64,000 nucleotides of DNA from positions 256,001 to 320,000 of the forward strand of contig CAWHAE010000012.1 of the NCBI GenBank assembly GCA_963827235.1. The letters are read 5' to 3'. The notes under the pieces are model-generated. The model was not told where the DNA came from. It saw only the letters and a list, made by a program, of their open reading frames with translations, and did not search any database. This document shows positions 30,134 to 40,900 of the stretch, in pieces; the stretch's first letter is position 1, and each line of letters starts with the position of its first letter. Source of the DNA: an uncultured bacterium. GTDB taxonomy: Bacteria > Chloroflexota > UBA5177 > JANWHV01. A program made the position numbers and the translations under genes.

Positions 30134-32980
30134 ATGGACAGCGGGGCCGAGGACGTGGCCCGGCGTGGGTTCGCGACCCTGCTGCGCCGTTACCGCCTGG
30201 CGGCTGGGCTCACGCAGGAGGAGCTGGCAGAACGCGCGCGCCTGAGCCGACGCAGCATCACGGCCATGGAACAGGGAGCGGCCCACACGCCACGCCGGGA
30301 CAGCCTGGAGCTGCTCGCCGTGGCGCTTGCCCTGGCGGGCGATGAGCGAGTCGCCTTCCTCACGGCAGGGCGCCGCCAATTCCTGGGCAGCTACGGCACG
30401 CACGGTGCGCCGTCGGCCGTGTGGGATGGGGTGCCGTTCGTCGGGCGGGTGGGCGAGTTAGCGTTGCTGGAACGTCACCTAGGGGGTGAGGGCTCCCCCT
30501 TGCTGTTGCTCGCCGGCGAGCCAGGCATCGGCAAGTCCCGCCTCTTGCACGCGGCCGTGCCCCGCGCCGCCGGTGCCGGCCTGCGCGTGCTCGAAGGTGG
30601 CTGCCAGCAGCGGGGAGGCCAGGAGCCATACGCTCCCTTCCTGGCTGCCTTCCAACGCCACCTGCTGAATCAGCGGCCGGGACAGCTCCGCGCAGATCTG
30701 CGCGGCTGCGCGTGGCTAGTTCGCCTGTTGCCGGAGCTTGCGGGTGGAGTCATCGAGCCGCTGCCAGCAGCTACCATCCCGCCCGAGCATGAGCGACGTC
30801 TGGTGTTCGCCGCGGTAGCACGTTTCCTGACCAACGTGGCCGGGCCGGCGGGCATGCTGCTGGTGCTCGACGACCTGCAGTGGGCGGGCGCCGATGCCCT
30901 TGACTTACTGGTCGCGCTGACGCGCATCGCTTCCGCGATCCGGTTGCGCATCCTGGGCGCATACCGCGACACTGAAGTGCCACCCGAGGCGCCACTCGCC
31001 GCCACGCTGGCCGACGTGATCAACGCGCGGCTGGCCACCCGGCGACGGATCAACCCGCTGTCAACGTCGGAAGCGGCGCAGCTACTCGACGATCTGCTCA
31101 CCGGCGAAGCAGCAGATCCGGATCTGCGCGAACAGGTGCTCCGGCGGGCGGGCGGGGTTCCATTCTTCCTGGTGAGCTGTGCCGAGGGCTTGCGCCAGGA
31201 TACAGAGGGCGGCGCGCGCGAAGCCGTGCCTTGGGACGTGCTGCAGAGCGTCCGCCAGCGGGTCACTACCTTGCCCGAGCCGGCGCGGCGGGTGCTCGGC
31301 ATCGCCGCGGTGATCGGCCGCACGGCACCGTATGCACTGCTGCAGGGGGTGGCAGCCCGGCCCGAGCAGGAGGTGCTCGACGCCCTAGATGCCGCTTGCC
31401 GCGCCCATTTGCTTGAGGAAGCAGGCGACGCCGCGTATCGCTTCAGCCACGATGTCATCCGCGAGGTGGTTGAGACAGACCTCGGTGCGGCACGGCGCAT
31501 GCTGTTGCATCGGGATGTCGCCCGCCAGTTGGAACGGCGCACAGGACCGCCGCCCATCGAGGAGTTGGCCTACCACTATGCGCGCAGTGATCAGCACGAG
31601 CAGGCGCTGCCCTACCTGGCACGCGCGGCGGATCGGGCGAGCAATGCCGCGGCCCACCAGGATGCGGCGGCGTTGCTTGCCCAGGCCATCGAGCTGGCCG
31701 AACGGTCTGGCCGAGTTGACCTCTTGGGCGACCTCCACACTCGTCGTGGCGCAGCGCTCTATCACATGACGCGTTGGTCGGAGGCACGTGAGGCGATGCA
31801 GGCTGCCCTCGCGCGCGTGCCGCCGGAGCGCGGCGAGCTGCGCGCGGAGATCCTGATCACCATGGCGAAAGCCGCCAACTGGGATTTCGCCGACGCTGCC
31901 GTCATCCGGCACTGCGCCGAGGAAGCCCTCTCCCTCGCTGAGCACGCCGAGCGCGAGGATCTGGCGGTCGGCGCGCTGAGCTGCTTCGTCATTGCCGAGA
32001 GCGCCGACGGCCGGCTGCGCGCCGGCATGGACTGCTACCGTCGAGCGGCCACGCGGGCCGGTGGCCGCCATGCGGGCAGTTTGGCTATCGGGGCCCAGTT
32101 CGCCGGGCTTATGCACTACTGGCTGGCTGACTTCAATGCGGCGGTCCAGCTCTCCCGCGAGGCAGTGGCGCTGGCCCGGACGGCTTGCGACACCTCGACT
32201 GCGGCGCGTGCCCAGGGCGACCTCGGGTGCGCCCTTATGGGCAGCGGCCGCTACGCTGAGGCGTTGCAGGTATTCGCCGAAGGGCAGGCAGAAAGCCGCG
32301 AGCAGGGTGCCGTCGACTGGCTCGCTCGCACGACCTTGATGCGTGGATGCCTGCACCTTGAGCTGTTCGACTTTGGCGGCGCCGAGGCGCTGGCCCAGGA
32401 GGCGTGCGAGCTGAGTCGCTCCGTGCGCCGCGTCAGCCATCCCCAGGTGAGTGGGGGCATTGACCTGCTCTTGATCTTCGCCCGGCGCGGCGATCTGGGC
32501 CGCACTGAAGGGCTCGTGGACGAGGTGGCCGCACGCGTGGCCAGCGCCCAGGGCTCGCACGGCTGGCTCTGGAAGCTCCGCTTCGCCCAGGCCCAGGCGG
32601 AGATCGCCGTGGCGAGCGGTCATTATGAGCGGGCATGGCAGTATGCCACGGAGTGCATGGTCCGCAGCAGAGCGGTGGGCCGCGTCAAATACGAGGTCGC
32701 CGGATTGCAGGTCTGCGCCCGGGTCCTGGCCGCGCAGGGACGTACCCGAGAAGCATCTGACCAGTTGCAGTCCGCGGTGGCGCTGGCGCACGGTACCGGC
32801 GATCCGGCGATGTTCCTCCGCACCGCAGCCGCCATGCTCGGCATCGACGGGAATGACGCGCTCCTGGCGCAGGCCCGCGCCGCGGTGGACCGTATCGCAG
32901 GGGCACTGCCCGGGGCAGATCTACGCCGGACCTTCCTGGCGGCGGAGCCGGTGCGCCTGGTCATGCGCCTGTCCCGCTGA
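30134..32980 (+). CDS. XRE-HTH + AAA_16 (STAND) ATPase + TPR regulator
   Basis: LLRRYRLAAGLTQEELAERA; FVGR..EL; GEPGIGKS; LVLDDLQWA; GGVPFF; YRFSHDVIRE; TPR-like C-terminus. Confidence 0.92.
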   Translation: MDSGAEDVARRGFATLLRRYRLAAGLTQEELAERARLSRRSITAMEQGAAHTPRRDSLELLAVALALAGDERVAFLTAGRRQFLGSYGTHGAPSAVWDGVPFVGRVGELALLERHLGGEGSPLLLLAGEPGIGKSRLLHAAVPRAAGAGLRVLEGGCQQRGGQEPYAPFLAAFQRHLLNQRPGQLRADLRGCAWLVRLLPELAGGVIEPLPAATIPPEHERRLVFAAVARFLTNVAGPAGMLLVLDDLQWAGADALDLLVALTRIASAIRLRILGAYRDTEVPPEAPLAATLADVINARLATRRRINPLSTSEAAQLLDDLLTGEAADPDLREQVLRRAGGVPFFLVSCAEGLRQDTEGGAREAVPWDVLQSVRQRVTTLPEPARRVLGIAAVIGRTAPYALLQGVAARPEQEVLDALDAACRAHLLEEAGDAAYRFSHDVIREVVETDLGAARRMLLHRDVARQLERRTGPPPIEELAYHYARSDQHEQALPYLARAADRASNAAAHQDAAALLAQAIELAERSGRVDLLGDLHTRRGAALYHMTRWSEAREAMQAALARVPPERGELRAEILITMAKAANWDFADAAVIRHCAEEALSLAEHAEREDLAVGALSCFVIAESADGRLRAGMDCYRRAATRAGGRHAGSLAIGAQFAGLMHYWLADFNAAVQLSREAVALARTACDTSTAARAQGDLGCALMGSGRYAEALQVFAEGQAESREQGAVDWLARTTLMRGCLHLELFDFGGAEALAQEACELSRSVRRVSHPQVSGGIDLLLIFARRGDLGRTEGLVDEVAARVASAQGSHGWLWKLRFAQAQAEIAVASGHYERAWQYATECMVRSRAVGRVKYEVAGLQVCARVLAAQGRTREASDQLQSAVALAHGTGDPAMFLRTAAAMLGIDGNDALLAQARAAVDRIAGALPGADLRRTFLAAEPVRLVMRLSR

Positions 32981-33391
32981 GTCGCGCGTGCGGTGAAGCT
33001 GGCACCTGTCCTAGCCCCAGATCCCTGGGTAGCCAGCCTGCATGCAGAGCTGGCGCTGCTGCGGGGCACCTGAGAAGAGGCTCGTGACTGCGTCGAAAGG
33101 CCGCTCACCGGCGGTGCCGTCATGCTCGTGGCCCAAACGTATGCCGCGCGGGTACTCGTGCAGCTTGAACTCCGGTTGGAAGACCCCATCGCGCCTGCTG
33201 CGGTTGCCGTCCTGGTAATCGTGGCATCCCACCGAGAGCTTCAAAGCACACGCGACCGCCAGAGCCTTTGACCACAATGTGGTACTCCTTGCTCTCGTCG
33301 GGTGGTGCTGCCACTGTGATCCGCACGCCAGTGCTGGACGTACGCATTGCAGGGTGGCTGGATGCTCCCACCCGGAAGGGAACGGTTCAGG

Positions 33392-34414
33392 ATGAGACTC
33401 CGCTCGTTTGTGTACGCGCTGCACAGCACCCCGTTGGCTATTGCGACCACCTGTTGTCTCATCGCAGGGCCGACGGTCCTGGCCGCGGCACCCCCGCCAG
33501 TGCTGGGCAATCAGACCGTGAGCGCTGTAACCCTGGCCACCACGTCCGGCACGTTTCGGCATCCCCTCGATTCAACCCCCGACATGAGCGGCACGACTAT
33601 CTACTTCACGGCTACCGGACCACATGGTCCAGGCGTCTTCCGCGTGCCAACCGCCGGAGGTGCGGCAGCCGAGGTGTACACGGGCAGCCCCTTTGTGCGC
33701 CCACGAGGGATTGCCATAAGCCCCGACGGTCAGACGCTCTTCGTGACGGATCCGGCTGCGGAGGAGTCTGGCGGCACGGGTGGTGCGATATTCGTGCTCC
33801 CGATCGGCGCCAAACAGCCGACTGTGCTGCCCGGCAGCATTTCTACTGCCCCCGAGGACCTTGACGTAGTAAGCCGGAGCGGCCAGCAGATGGTGTACTT
33901 CAGCGGGAAGGATCCGAGCACAGAACGGCCTGCGATACTGATGCTTCCGGCGTCGGGCGCTGTAGCGCCGCAGGTGATCACCGAGGGCGGGTCTCTCGTC
34001 ACGCCTGATGGAGTGGCCGTCACACACGCCGGCGTGCTCTACGTGGCCGACCGCGGCGCAGCTGGGAGTGGTCTGGGTAGGATCTTCGCCATTGCCGATC
34101 GTAGGGTCACACCGGTCCTCAAGGTGGTGCGTACCGGCAACCCGGCGGGCATTGCCTTGACGCGTGACGACAGGGTTCTGCTAATCTCGGCGCTGCAGCT
34201 CCACGAACAGAGTGACCAGGTGTTGCTGCTGGATCTTGCTACCTTGCGCACGGGCTCGGTAACCAAGGTAGTCTCGCAGAATCACGCGGCAGGCGGTGTA
34301 CATGCGCAGCCGATGGGACTGGTGCCGACGCGGGCGACTGGCAGAACTGAGCTTTTCTCGTGGGCCGATCTTACTGCCGGTGGCGCGGGCCTCGTCTACC
34401 GCGTCGCACTCTAG
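33392..34414 (+). CDS. secreted NHL/SMP-30-like beta-propeller protein
   Basis: Signal-like N-terminus; PRGIAISPDGQTLFVTD, PDGVAVTHAGVLYVAD, PAGIALTRD. Confidence 0.8.
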   Translation: MRLRSFVYALHSTPLAIATTCCLIAGPTVLAAAPPPVLGNQTVSAVTLATTSGTFRHPLDSTPDMSGTTIYFTATGPHGPGVFRVPTAGGAAAEVYTGSPFVRPRGIAISPDGQTLFVTDPAAEESGGTGGAIFVLPIGAKQPTVLPGSISTAPEDLDVVSRSGQQMVYFSGKDPSTERPAILMLPASGAVAPQVITEGGSLVTPDGVAVTHAGVLYVADRGAAGSGLGRIFAIADRRVTPVLKVVRTGNPAGIALTRDDRVLLISALQLHEQSDQVLLLDLATLRTGSVTKVVSQNHAAGGVHAQPMGLVPTRATGRTELFSWADLTAGGAGLVYRVAL

Positions 34415-34573
34415 CGCCGCCGCCGTGACGTGATCGCCGGCCTGATGGTGAGCGTTCGTCGCTGGCGCCTGCGCCACCGTGCTCAAAGCCCTCTTCGGTC
34501 CGTCGCATATTCTGGCCTCTCCCGTTGTGGCAACGCCGGTCCGGCGGGCCACGCCACCGGTCGTGCACAGCCT

Positions 34574-35992
34574 TCACGCTGGGTGTGCAGCACGCCTCCG
34601 CGATCCTTGTATTCCGGCCGCTGGTAGTGGCTTCAGCCACGGCCCATCGGTCCCGATAAGCTGAGCCGCTTCTTCGGGTCCCCAGCTCCCGGCTGCATAG
34701 GTGTAGAGCGGCGTCGCGTCATCCAGGATGGGCTGCACAATACGCCACTGCGCCTCCACGAGATCCTGGCGGGCGAAGAGCTCGCCGCTGCCGCGGAGCG
34801 CATCCCCCAGTAAGCGTTGATACGGCGGCACGTCGGCGGCGGCTTGTTCAGTGAGGATCAGTTCGACGTCGTTGCCAACCATGCGGTCGCCGGGCATCTT
34901 GACACGCACACCCAGGCCGATGCTGATGTCCGGACTGATCCGCAACCGCAAGTGACCGGAGGAGGATGGCACGATTTCGCCGAAGTTCTCACGCGGCGGA
35001 CGCTTGAACTCAACTGTGACTTCTGTTGCGGTGACCGGCAGCACCTTTCCAGTGCGGATGTAAATCGGCACCCCGGCCCAGCGCCAGGTGTCGATACACA
35101 GCTTGACCGCGGCAAAGGTTTCGACCGTGGAACCACGCCTGACGCCGGGCACAGCGCGGTACGCATCATACTGGCCACGCACGACGTGCTCAGGATCGAG
35201 CGGGCGCACGGCCTTGAGCACGGCGGCCATCTGGTCGCGCACCGCTTCGTGCTCCTCGCCGGTGGGCGGTTCCATGGTAAGGTTTGCAAGTACCTGCAGC
35301 AGGTGGTTCTGCACCACGTCGCGAATGGCGCCCGTGGCGTCGTAGAAGGCGCCCCGGTCCTGCACGTCGAGCTCCTCGGCCATCGTGATCTGCATGCAGC
35401 GCACATAGTTGCGGTTCCAGATCGGCTCAAACATTGCATTGGCAAACCGTGTGTAGATGATGTTCTGTACCGGCTCCTTCCCCAGGTAGTGATCGATACG
35501 GAAGATGCTCTCCTCCGGAAAGTGCCGGTGCAGGGCGCGGTTCAGCTCGCGTGCCGAATCCAGATCGTGACCGAACGGCTTCTCGACGACCAAACGAGCA
35601 TTGCTGCCGCAGCCCGACGAGGCGAGCTTTTCGGCGACGGTGGCAAACAGACTGGGCGGCACGGCCAGGTAGTGGAGAGGCCGCTGGGCATCGCCCAGCT
35701 CTTTGCGCAGCTGGGCGAATGTCGTCGGATCGTGGTAGTCGCCGTCTACATAGCGAAGCTGAGCCGCGAGCTGCTCGAACGCGGTTGGATCCAGGCTGCC
35801 ATGGCGCTTAAGGCTCTCTTTGGCGCGCGCCTTCAACTGATCGAGATCCCAGCCCGACTTGGCCACGCCGATGATCGGTACCTGCAGATTTTCCTCACGC
35901 ACCAGACCTTGCAGCGCAGGAAAGATCTGCTTGTAGGCAAGGTCACCACTGGCACCGAAGAACACGATCGCGTCGGACGACGAGCCGTTCAT
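34574..35992 (-). CDS. zwf: glucose-6-phosphate 1-dehydrogenase
   Basis: FFGASGDLA, VEKPFG, RIDHYLGKE, RDVVQNHL; ATGA overlap with gnd. Confidence 0.96.
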   Translation of the reverse strand: MNGSSSDAIVFFGASGDLAYKQIFPALQGLVREENLQVPIIGVAKSGWDLDQLKARAKESLKRHGSLDPTAFEQLAAQLRYVDGDYHDPTTFAQLRKELGDAQRPLHYLAVPPSLFATVAEKLASSGCGSNARLVVEKPFGHDLDSARELNRALHRHFPEESIFRIDHYLGKEPVQNIIYTRFANAMFEPIWNRNYVRCMQITMAEELDVQDRGAFYDATGAIRDVVQNHLLQVLANLTMEPPTGEEHEAVRDQMAAVLKAVRPLDPEHVVRGQYDAYRAVPGVRRGSTVETFAAVKLCIDTWRWAGVPIYIRTGKVLPVTATEVTVEFKRPPRENFGEIVPSSSGHLRLRISPDISIGLGVRVKMPGDRMVGNDVELILTEQAAADVPPYQRLLGDALRGSGELFARQDLVEAQWRIVQPILDDATPLYTYAAGSWGPEEAAQLIGTDGPWLKPLPAAGIQGSRRRAAHPA

Positions 35993-37023
35993 GCGCGGCC
36001 CGGCGGAGCCGGCGTCGTCTGCTCGTGATGGCCGCCGAATTCGTAGCGCATGGCCGACATGAGCTGATCTGCGAACAGCTCGGCGCCGCGCGAGCTGAAG
36101 CGCGCGAAAAGGGCCGCGCTCAGCACTGGGGCAGGAATGCCCTCGTCGATCGCGGCCTGCAGCGTCCACCGTCCCTCGCCTGAGTCGGAGACGCGTCCCT
36201 GGAAGTGGGCGAGGTCCGGGTTCTCGCGCAAGGCGGCGGCGGTCAAATCCAAGAGCCACGACCCGATGACGCTACCGCGTCGCCAGAGCTCGGCGACGCG
36301 GGAGATGTCGATGTCGAACAAGTAGGAGCCGGGATCGTGCAGCGGAGTCGTCTCAGCGTCTACCGCGTGGGTTATCTTCCCTGCATTGGCATGCTTGAGA
36401 ATGTTCAGGCCTTCGCTGTAGGCCGCCATCAACCCATACTCGATGCCGTTATGCACCATCTTGACGAAGTGGCCGGCGCCGTTTGGGCCGCAGTGCAGGT
36501 AGCCGTACTCTTCGGCGCCCACGTCTCCGATAGCTCCCGGAGTGCGCGGCGCCGTGTCGAACCCCGGCGCCAGGCTCTTGAACACGGCGTCGAGATGCTG
36601 GACGGTCGCCTCTTCGCCGCCGATCATCTGGCAGTAGCCGCGCTCCAGTCCCCATACGCCCCCGCTCACGCCCACGTCAACATACTGAAGACCCCGATCT
36701 CTGAGCTCGCTGGCGCGACGAATGTCGTCTTGATAGAAAGAGTTGCCACCATCGATCACGATGTCGCCCGGCTGCAGGAGTGGTGTCAAGGAGCTCAACA
36801 GGGGATCGACCACCGCGGCTGGAACCATCAGCCATACAGCGCGAGGCGCGGCTAGGGATTGCACCAACTCCTGGAGACTGGCAGCGCCGTGGGCCCCTTG
36901 CTCGACCAACTGCTGCACCATCGGTGGATGGCTGTCATAGACGAAACAGTCGTGACCTGCTTTGATCAGGCGCATGACCATGTTCCCACCCATGCGCCCC
37001 AGCCCGATCATGCCAACTTGCAT
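35989..37023 (-). CDS. gnd: 6-phosphogluconate dehydrogenase, decarboxylating (short type)
   Basis: GLGRMG, IDGGNS, VSGGVWG, GHFVKMVHNGIEYG, DSGEGRWT, MRYEFGGH. Confidence 0.96.
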   Translation of the reverse strand: MQVGMIGLGRMGGNMVMRLIKAGHDCFVYDSHPPMVQQLVEQGAHGAASLQELVQSLAAPRAVWLMVPAAVVDPLLSSLTPLLQPGDIVIDGGNSFYQDDIRRASELRDRGLQYVDVGVSGGVWGLERGYCQMIGGEEATVQHLDAVFKSLAPGFDTAPRTPGAIGDVGAEEYGYLHCGPNGAGHFVKMVHNGIEYGLMAAYSEGLNILKHANAGKITHAVDAETTPLHDPGSYLFDIDISRVAELWRRGSVIGSWLLDLTAAALRENPDLAHFQGRVSDSGEGRWTLQAAIDEGIPAPVLSAALFARFSSRGAELFADQLMSAMRYEFGGHHEQTTPAPPGRA

Positions 37024-37528
37024 GCCCGCTCACTTTCTCGCCGGTGTCAGGGACCGAGCCGGAGATCGCCCGGCGTCGCCCGGAAGCCGAGGCCGGTACC
37101 TCACCGGACCTCACGGCCCGTGACTCCAGGGTACAAGTGGTGAGCATAAGCCGCGTTTGGCAGCCGTGGCGGCATCGCCGCCTGCCATGCAGATCGTCCG
37201 CTACCCTCGCCGCCGATGCCTTCGCGCGGTGCTCGTGGGAGCACTTGGTTGGCCGGCTTAGGCCAGTTGGGGCCGACGGCACTGGCGTGTGCCACCACTG
37301 ATTTGGGCCCTCGCGCTTCGCCGGCCTTATCCCCAGCGGATCTGAGATCGCTTGTAGAGAGCGGCAGCCAGATTCGTGCCGCGCTGGCCGCCGCTGCTAC
37401 ACAAGCACCTGCTGTTACACAAGATGCCCGGAGGCGCGGCGGCCTCAAACGCAACGGCGGCACGACGCCTCGGTGTCATGCTGGGAGTACGCCGCCTGCA
37501 CCGCGGCAGGAGCGGAAAGGAGAGCGGC

Positions 37529-37738
37529 ATGGCGCATTAGGACGCATTGCTCGTGCGCATCTGGAGACGCGGCGGGGCGGAGGCTCCACAGTGGGCGATC
37601 CGGATGACACACGCCCAGGAGGGACTGCGCCGGCTGTTCGCCAATCCGGAGGCGTTCGTCAGCTACCTGCACAGCGTGCTGCGCAGCGGCGACCCGGCGC
37701 CGCGCCCGGCGTCACGGGCGGGTGCGGCCGGGGAGTAG
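37529..37738 (+). pseudogene. small 'LVRIW...W..R..H...F' protein with in-frame TAG at codon 4
   Basis: AAGGAG RBS, then ATG GCG CAT TAG GAC GCA TTG CTC GTG CGC ATC TGG; continues WAIRMTHAQEGLRRLFANPEAFVSYL. Confidence 0.6.
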
Positions 37739-37930
37739 GGCATCGGGGCAAGACTTGACCGTTTTCGGGTCAGGCCGCGCGCCAAACCGTGCCGCTGACA
37801 GGGAGAAGCAGGGAGGTGTGCAAGGCAGGTCCCGTGCGACGACATGGGTAGTAACGATGCGGAGTGCGGCCTAGGCGGACGGGATCGCCGGGCGGCGACG
37901 GTGTATAGGGGACGAGAAGGAGAAAGACAC

Positions 37931-40900
37931 ATGGTACGGGTGCGAAACATCCAGCAGTGGTTGCGCGAGGCTCGAGGGAGCCGGCGCTCCAGCCTGCTCC
38001 GTGTACTGTGCTCGGCGGCGCTGATTGCGGCCGGCCTGGTGGCCGCGCCGGCGGTGACCGGCAGGATGCCGGTCTCGACGGCCAGGGCGCAGAGCCTACC
38101 CCCATTCAACGATATCCAGTTCTTCGACTACTGCGAGGCGACCTCGCAGCTCCCTTCCTGGTGCTCGGCTCCCGGCATCTACCAGGTGCCCTACCCGGCT
38201 GGCAGTTCGGCGCCCAAGCTGCTCACTGCTGACGGCGGGTACACCTCGCAGTGGTCCGCCGACGGGTCCAAGATGGTCTTCGAGTACGGCACCATCAGCA
38301 ACCCCGGCCCCAGCGAGTACCTCAGCGTGCAGGGCATCGGCATCTACGCCAACGGCGTCACGACGCACATTGTCCTGGACCCGAGTGCATCCGAGCCCAC
38401 GATTTCGCCCGACGGTACCGAGGTGGTCTATGTCGAGAACAACCAGCTCCTCGTGGAGGTGAGCAGCTCGGGCGGCACGCCCACGCAGCTCGGCGCAACG
38501 ACCGGCCTCACCGGGGACTATCCCTACTGGGCCCCCGCGACCGGCAAACCGGGCACGAACGGGCTCGTTGTGTTCAGCCAGCCTACCGACCCCACCGGCG
38601 GCCGCGACTACCTGGCCACGGTGGACCCGACCCAGGGCGCCTCGGCCCGAGCAACCCAGGTAGCCGTGACCGACAACTACAGCGCCAACGCGAACGATTA
38701 CGCGGGCGAATTCCCCTCGGCCTCGTCCGACGGCAGCACCTACTACTTCAGCGGCGAGATCGGCGGCACCGTAGGCATCTTCTCGGTCCCCTCGACAGGC
38801 GGCGCGCCGAGCAATCCGCTCGCCACCCCCAGCGCCAGCGAACTAGCCATCATGACGAATCCGCTGTACGGGGCGCGGGCGGGCGCCAACGGCCACTTGC
38901 TCTACTACGACGAATTCGGCGGCAACGCCGGCAACATCGGCAGGATCTTCATCGACGGTTCGTCCAACGCGCTGACGTTCTCCGGCGCCAATGCCGACCC
39001 CAACGACACCCAGTCCTATCCCACCTGGGCGCCGGGCGGCGGCGCGCCGATCGTGAGCACGGTGGGGCCGAATGAGGGGCCGGTCGCCGGCGGCGAGAGC
39101 GTGAGCATCACCGGCTCGGGCTTCACCGGGGCCACGGAAGTGGACTTCCTCGCGCCCGACGGTACGGTGGCCGCCTCGGCGACGCCCACGGCGGTGGGCG
39201 ACAGCGCGCTCACGGTGCCCCAGGCGCCGAATCTCACCGCAGCGGTCAACAAGGTCGGCACCAATGTGGACGTGGTCTTCGACGTGGTGGTGAAGACACC
39301 GAGCGGTACCTCGGCCACGAACGCGAACGACAAGTACACGGCCAAGGTCCCGGTGGTGACGTCAGTGAGCACGGCGCAGGGCGGCACGACCGGCGGCCCC
39401 GCTGCCGGACCGGTGAGTGGCGGCGAGACGGTCACCCTGACAGGGCACTGGCTGCAGGGCGTCACCAGTGTCTCCTTGCAGCCGGTGCAGGATATTCCTT
39501 TCGCCACCGCGCCGACGAATGTGAGCGCGGGCGGGACCATCCTCTCGTTCACCGCTCCCAATGCCGGCACAGAGTATAGGGATAGCGGCGTATCGGTTGA
39601 CCTGTTCGTGGACCTGATCGTCTCGGTCCCCGTGGCCGGGTCAACGGTGGCAGTGATCACCTCGTCCTCCACGGCGACGGGCGCCGACGACAAGTTCTAC
39701 CTGGTCCCGGTAGCGGTGAGCGACATCACGCCCCACACCTCGCCGGTGCTGGGCAATGGCGCAGTGACGATCAGCGGCACCGACCTGAGCAACGGCACGG
39801 TGATCCTGGCGCCGCCCGCCGGCACCGCGTCGAGCGGCGGCTGCAACAGCGGCACGCCGCTGAGCATCGCGCCGGAAGCCGGTGGATCGGCGACCTCGCT
39901 CAGCTTCGTGACGAAGGACACGAGTCCGGTGATGGGCAAAACGCAAGACGACGTGGTCTGCGACGTGGAGGTGCGCGTGCCGGTGCCGGAGATCACCGGT
40001 GCCAGCGTGACGTCGCTGCCCAATCCCGGCGATCCCGGCGACACGCTCACCTTCCCCGCGCCCAAGGTCGAAGGACTCTCATTCCACAGCGCGCTCGTCA
40101 GCGGCAACACGCTGCTCACCATCCAGGGAGCGGGCTTCATCGGGGTAACCCGGGTGGAGTTCGTCTTTACCGGCTTCGCCGTCCTGCCGCTCACCGCCAC
40201 GCCGGTGAGCGTGCTTGATAGCCAGATCACGGTGAACGTGCCGTCGGCCGTGCTGGATGAGAACTTGCTGCCCAACCCGCTGCCTACCGTGGACGTGCAG
40301 GTACAGATCCCCGACAGCGCGGGCGGTTTCATCTCCTCGGTGGCGAATACGAACGACACATTCAACTACGTCATCCCCGGTACGACGGCGCCGCCGTGCA
40401 ACACGTTGCAGAACTGCAACAGCGGCACGAACAACACGCCCGGGGGCGCGGCGACGGCCACCTCGACCGATGCGAGCGGCTCCATCACCGTGACCGGCAA
40501 TGGTACCGGCGGCATCACCGTGGGCCGCTACGCCAGCATCCCCGTAGGCACTCCGTCGTTCAGCGCCGGCGGCACCTTCTTCGACGTGCGGGTCTCGACG
40601 CCCAACGCCTTCACCTCGGCCACGATCAATGACTGCGACCTGGGTGGCTCGACCTCCGTCCAGTGGTGGAATCCGGCCGCTGGCGGCGGTGCCGGCGCCT
40701 GGCAGGCAGCCTCTAGCCAGGTATTCAGCGCCGGGCCGCCGGCCTGCATCCTGGTGACAGTGAACTCTACCACGGCGCCGACGCTGGCCCAGATGCTGGG
40801 CACCGTCTTCGTGGGCGCCAAGCCGGCTGCGGCGAAGCCGGCCTTCACCGCGCAGACACCGCCCCTGACCGTGGCTGCCGGCGCCACCTACGCCTACGCC

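Noticed and set aside
30134-32980. STAND ATPases as Avs/bNACHT anti-phage systems
   Set aside because: The N-termini are DNA-binding HTH or BTAD domains, not nuclease, TIR or SIR2 effectors; the architecture fits MalT/AfsR-type regulators.
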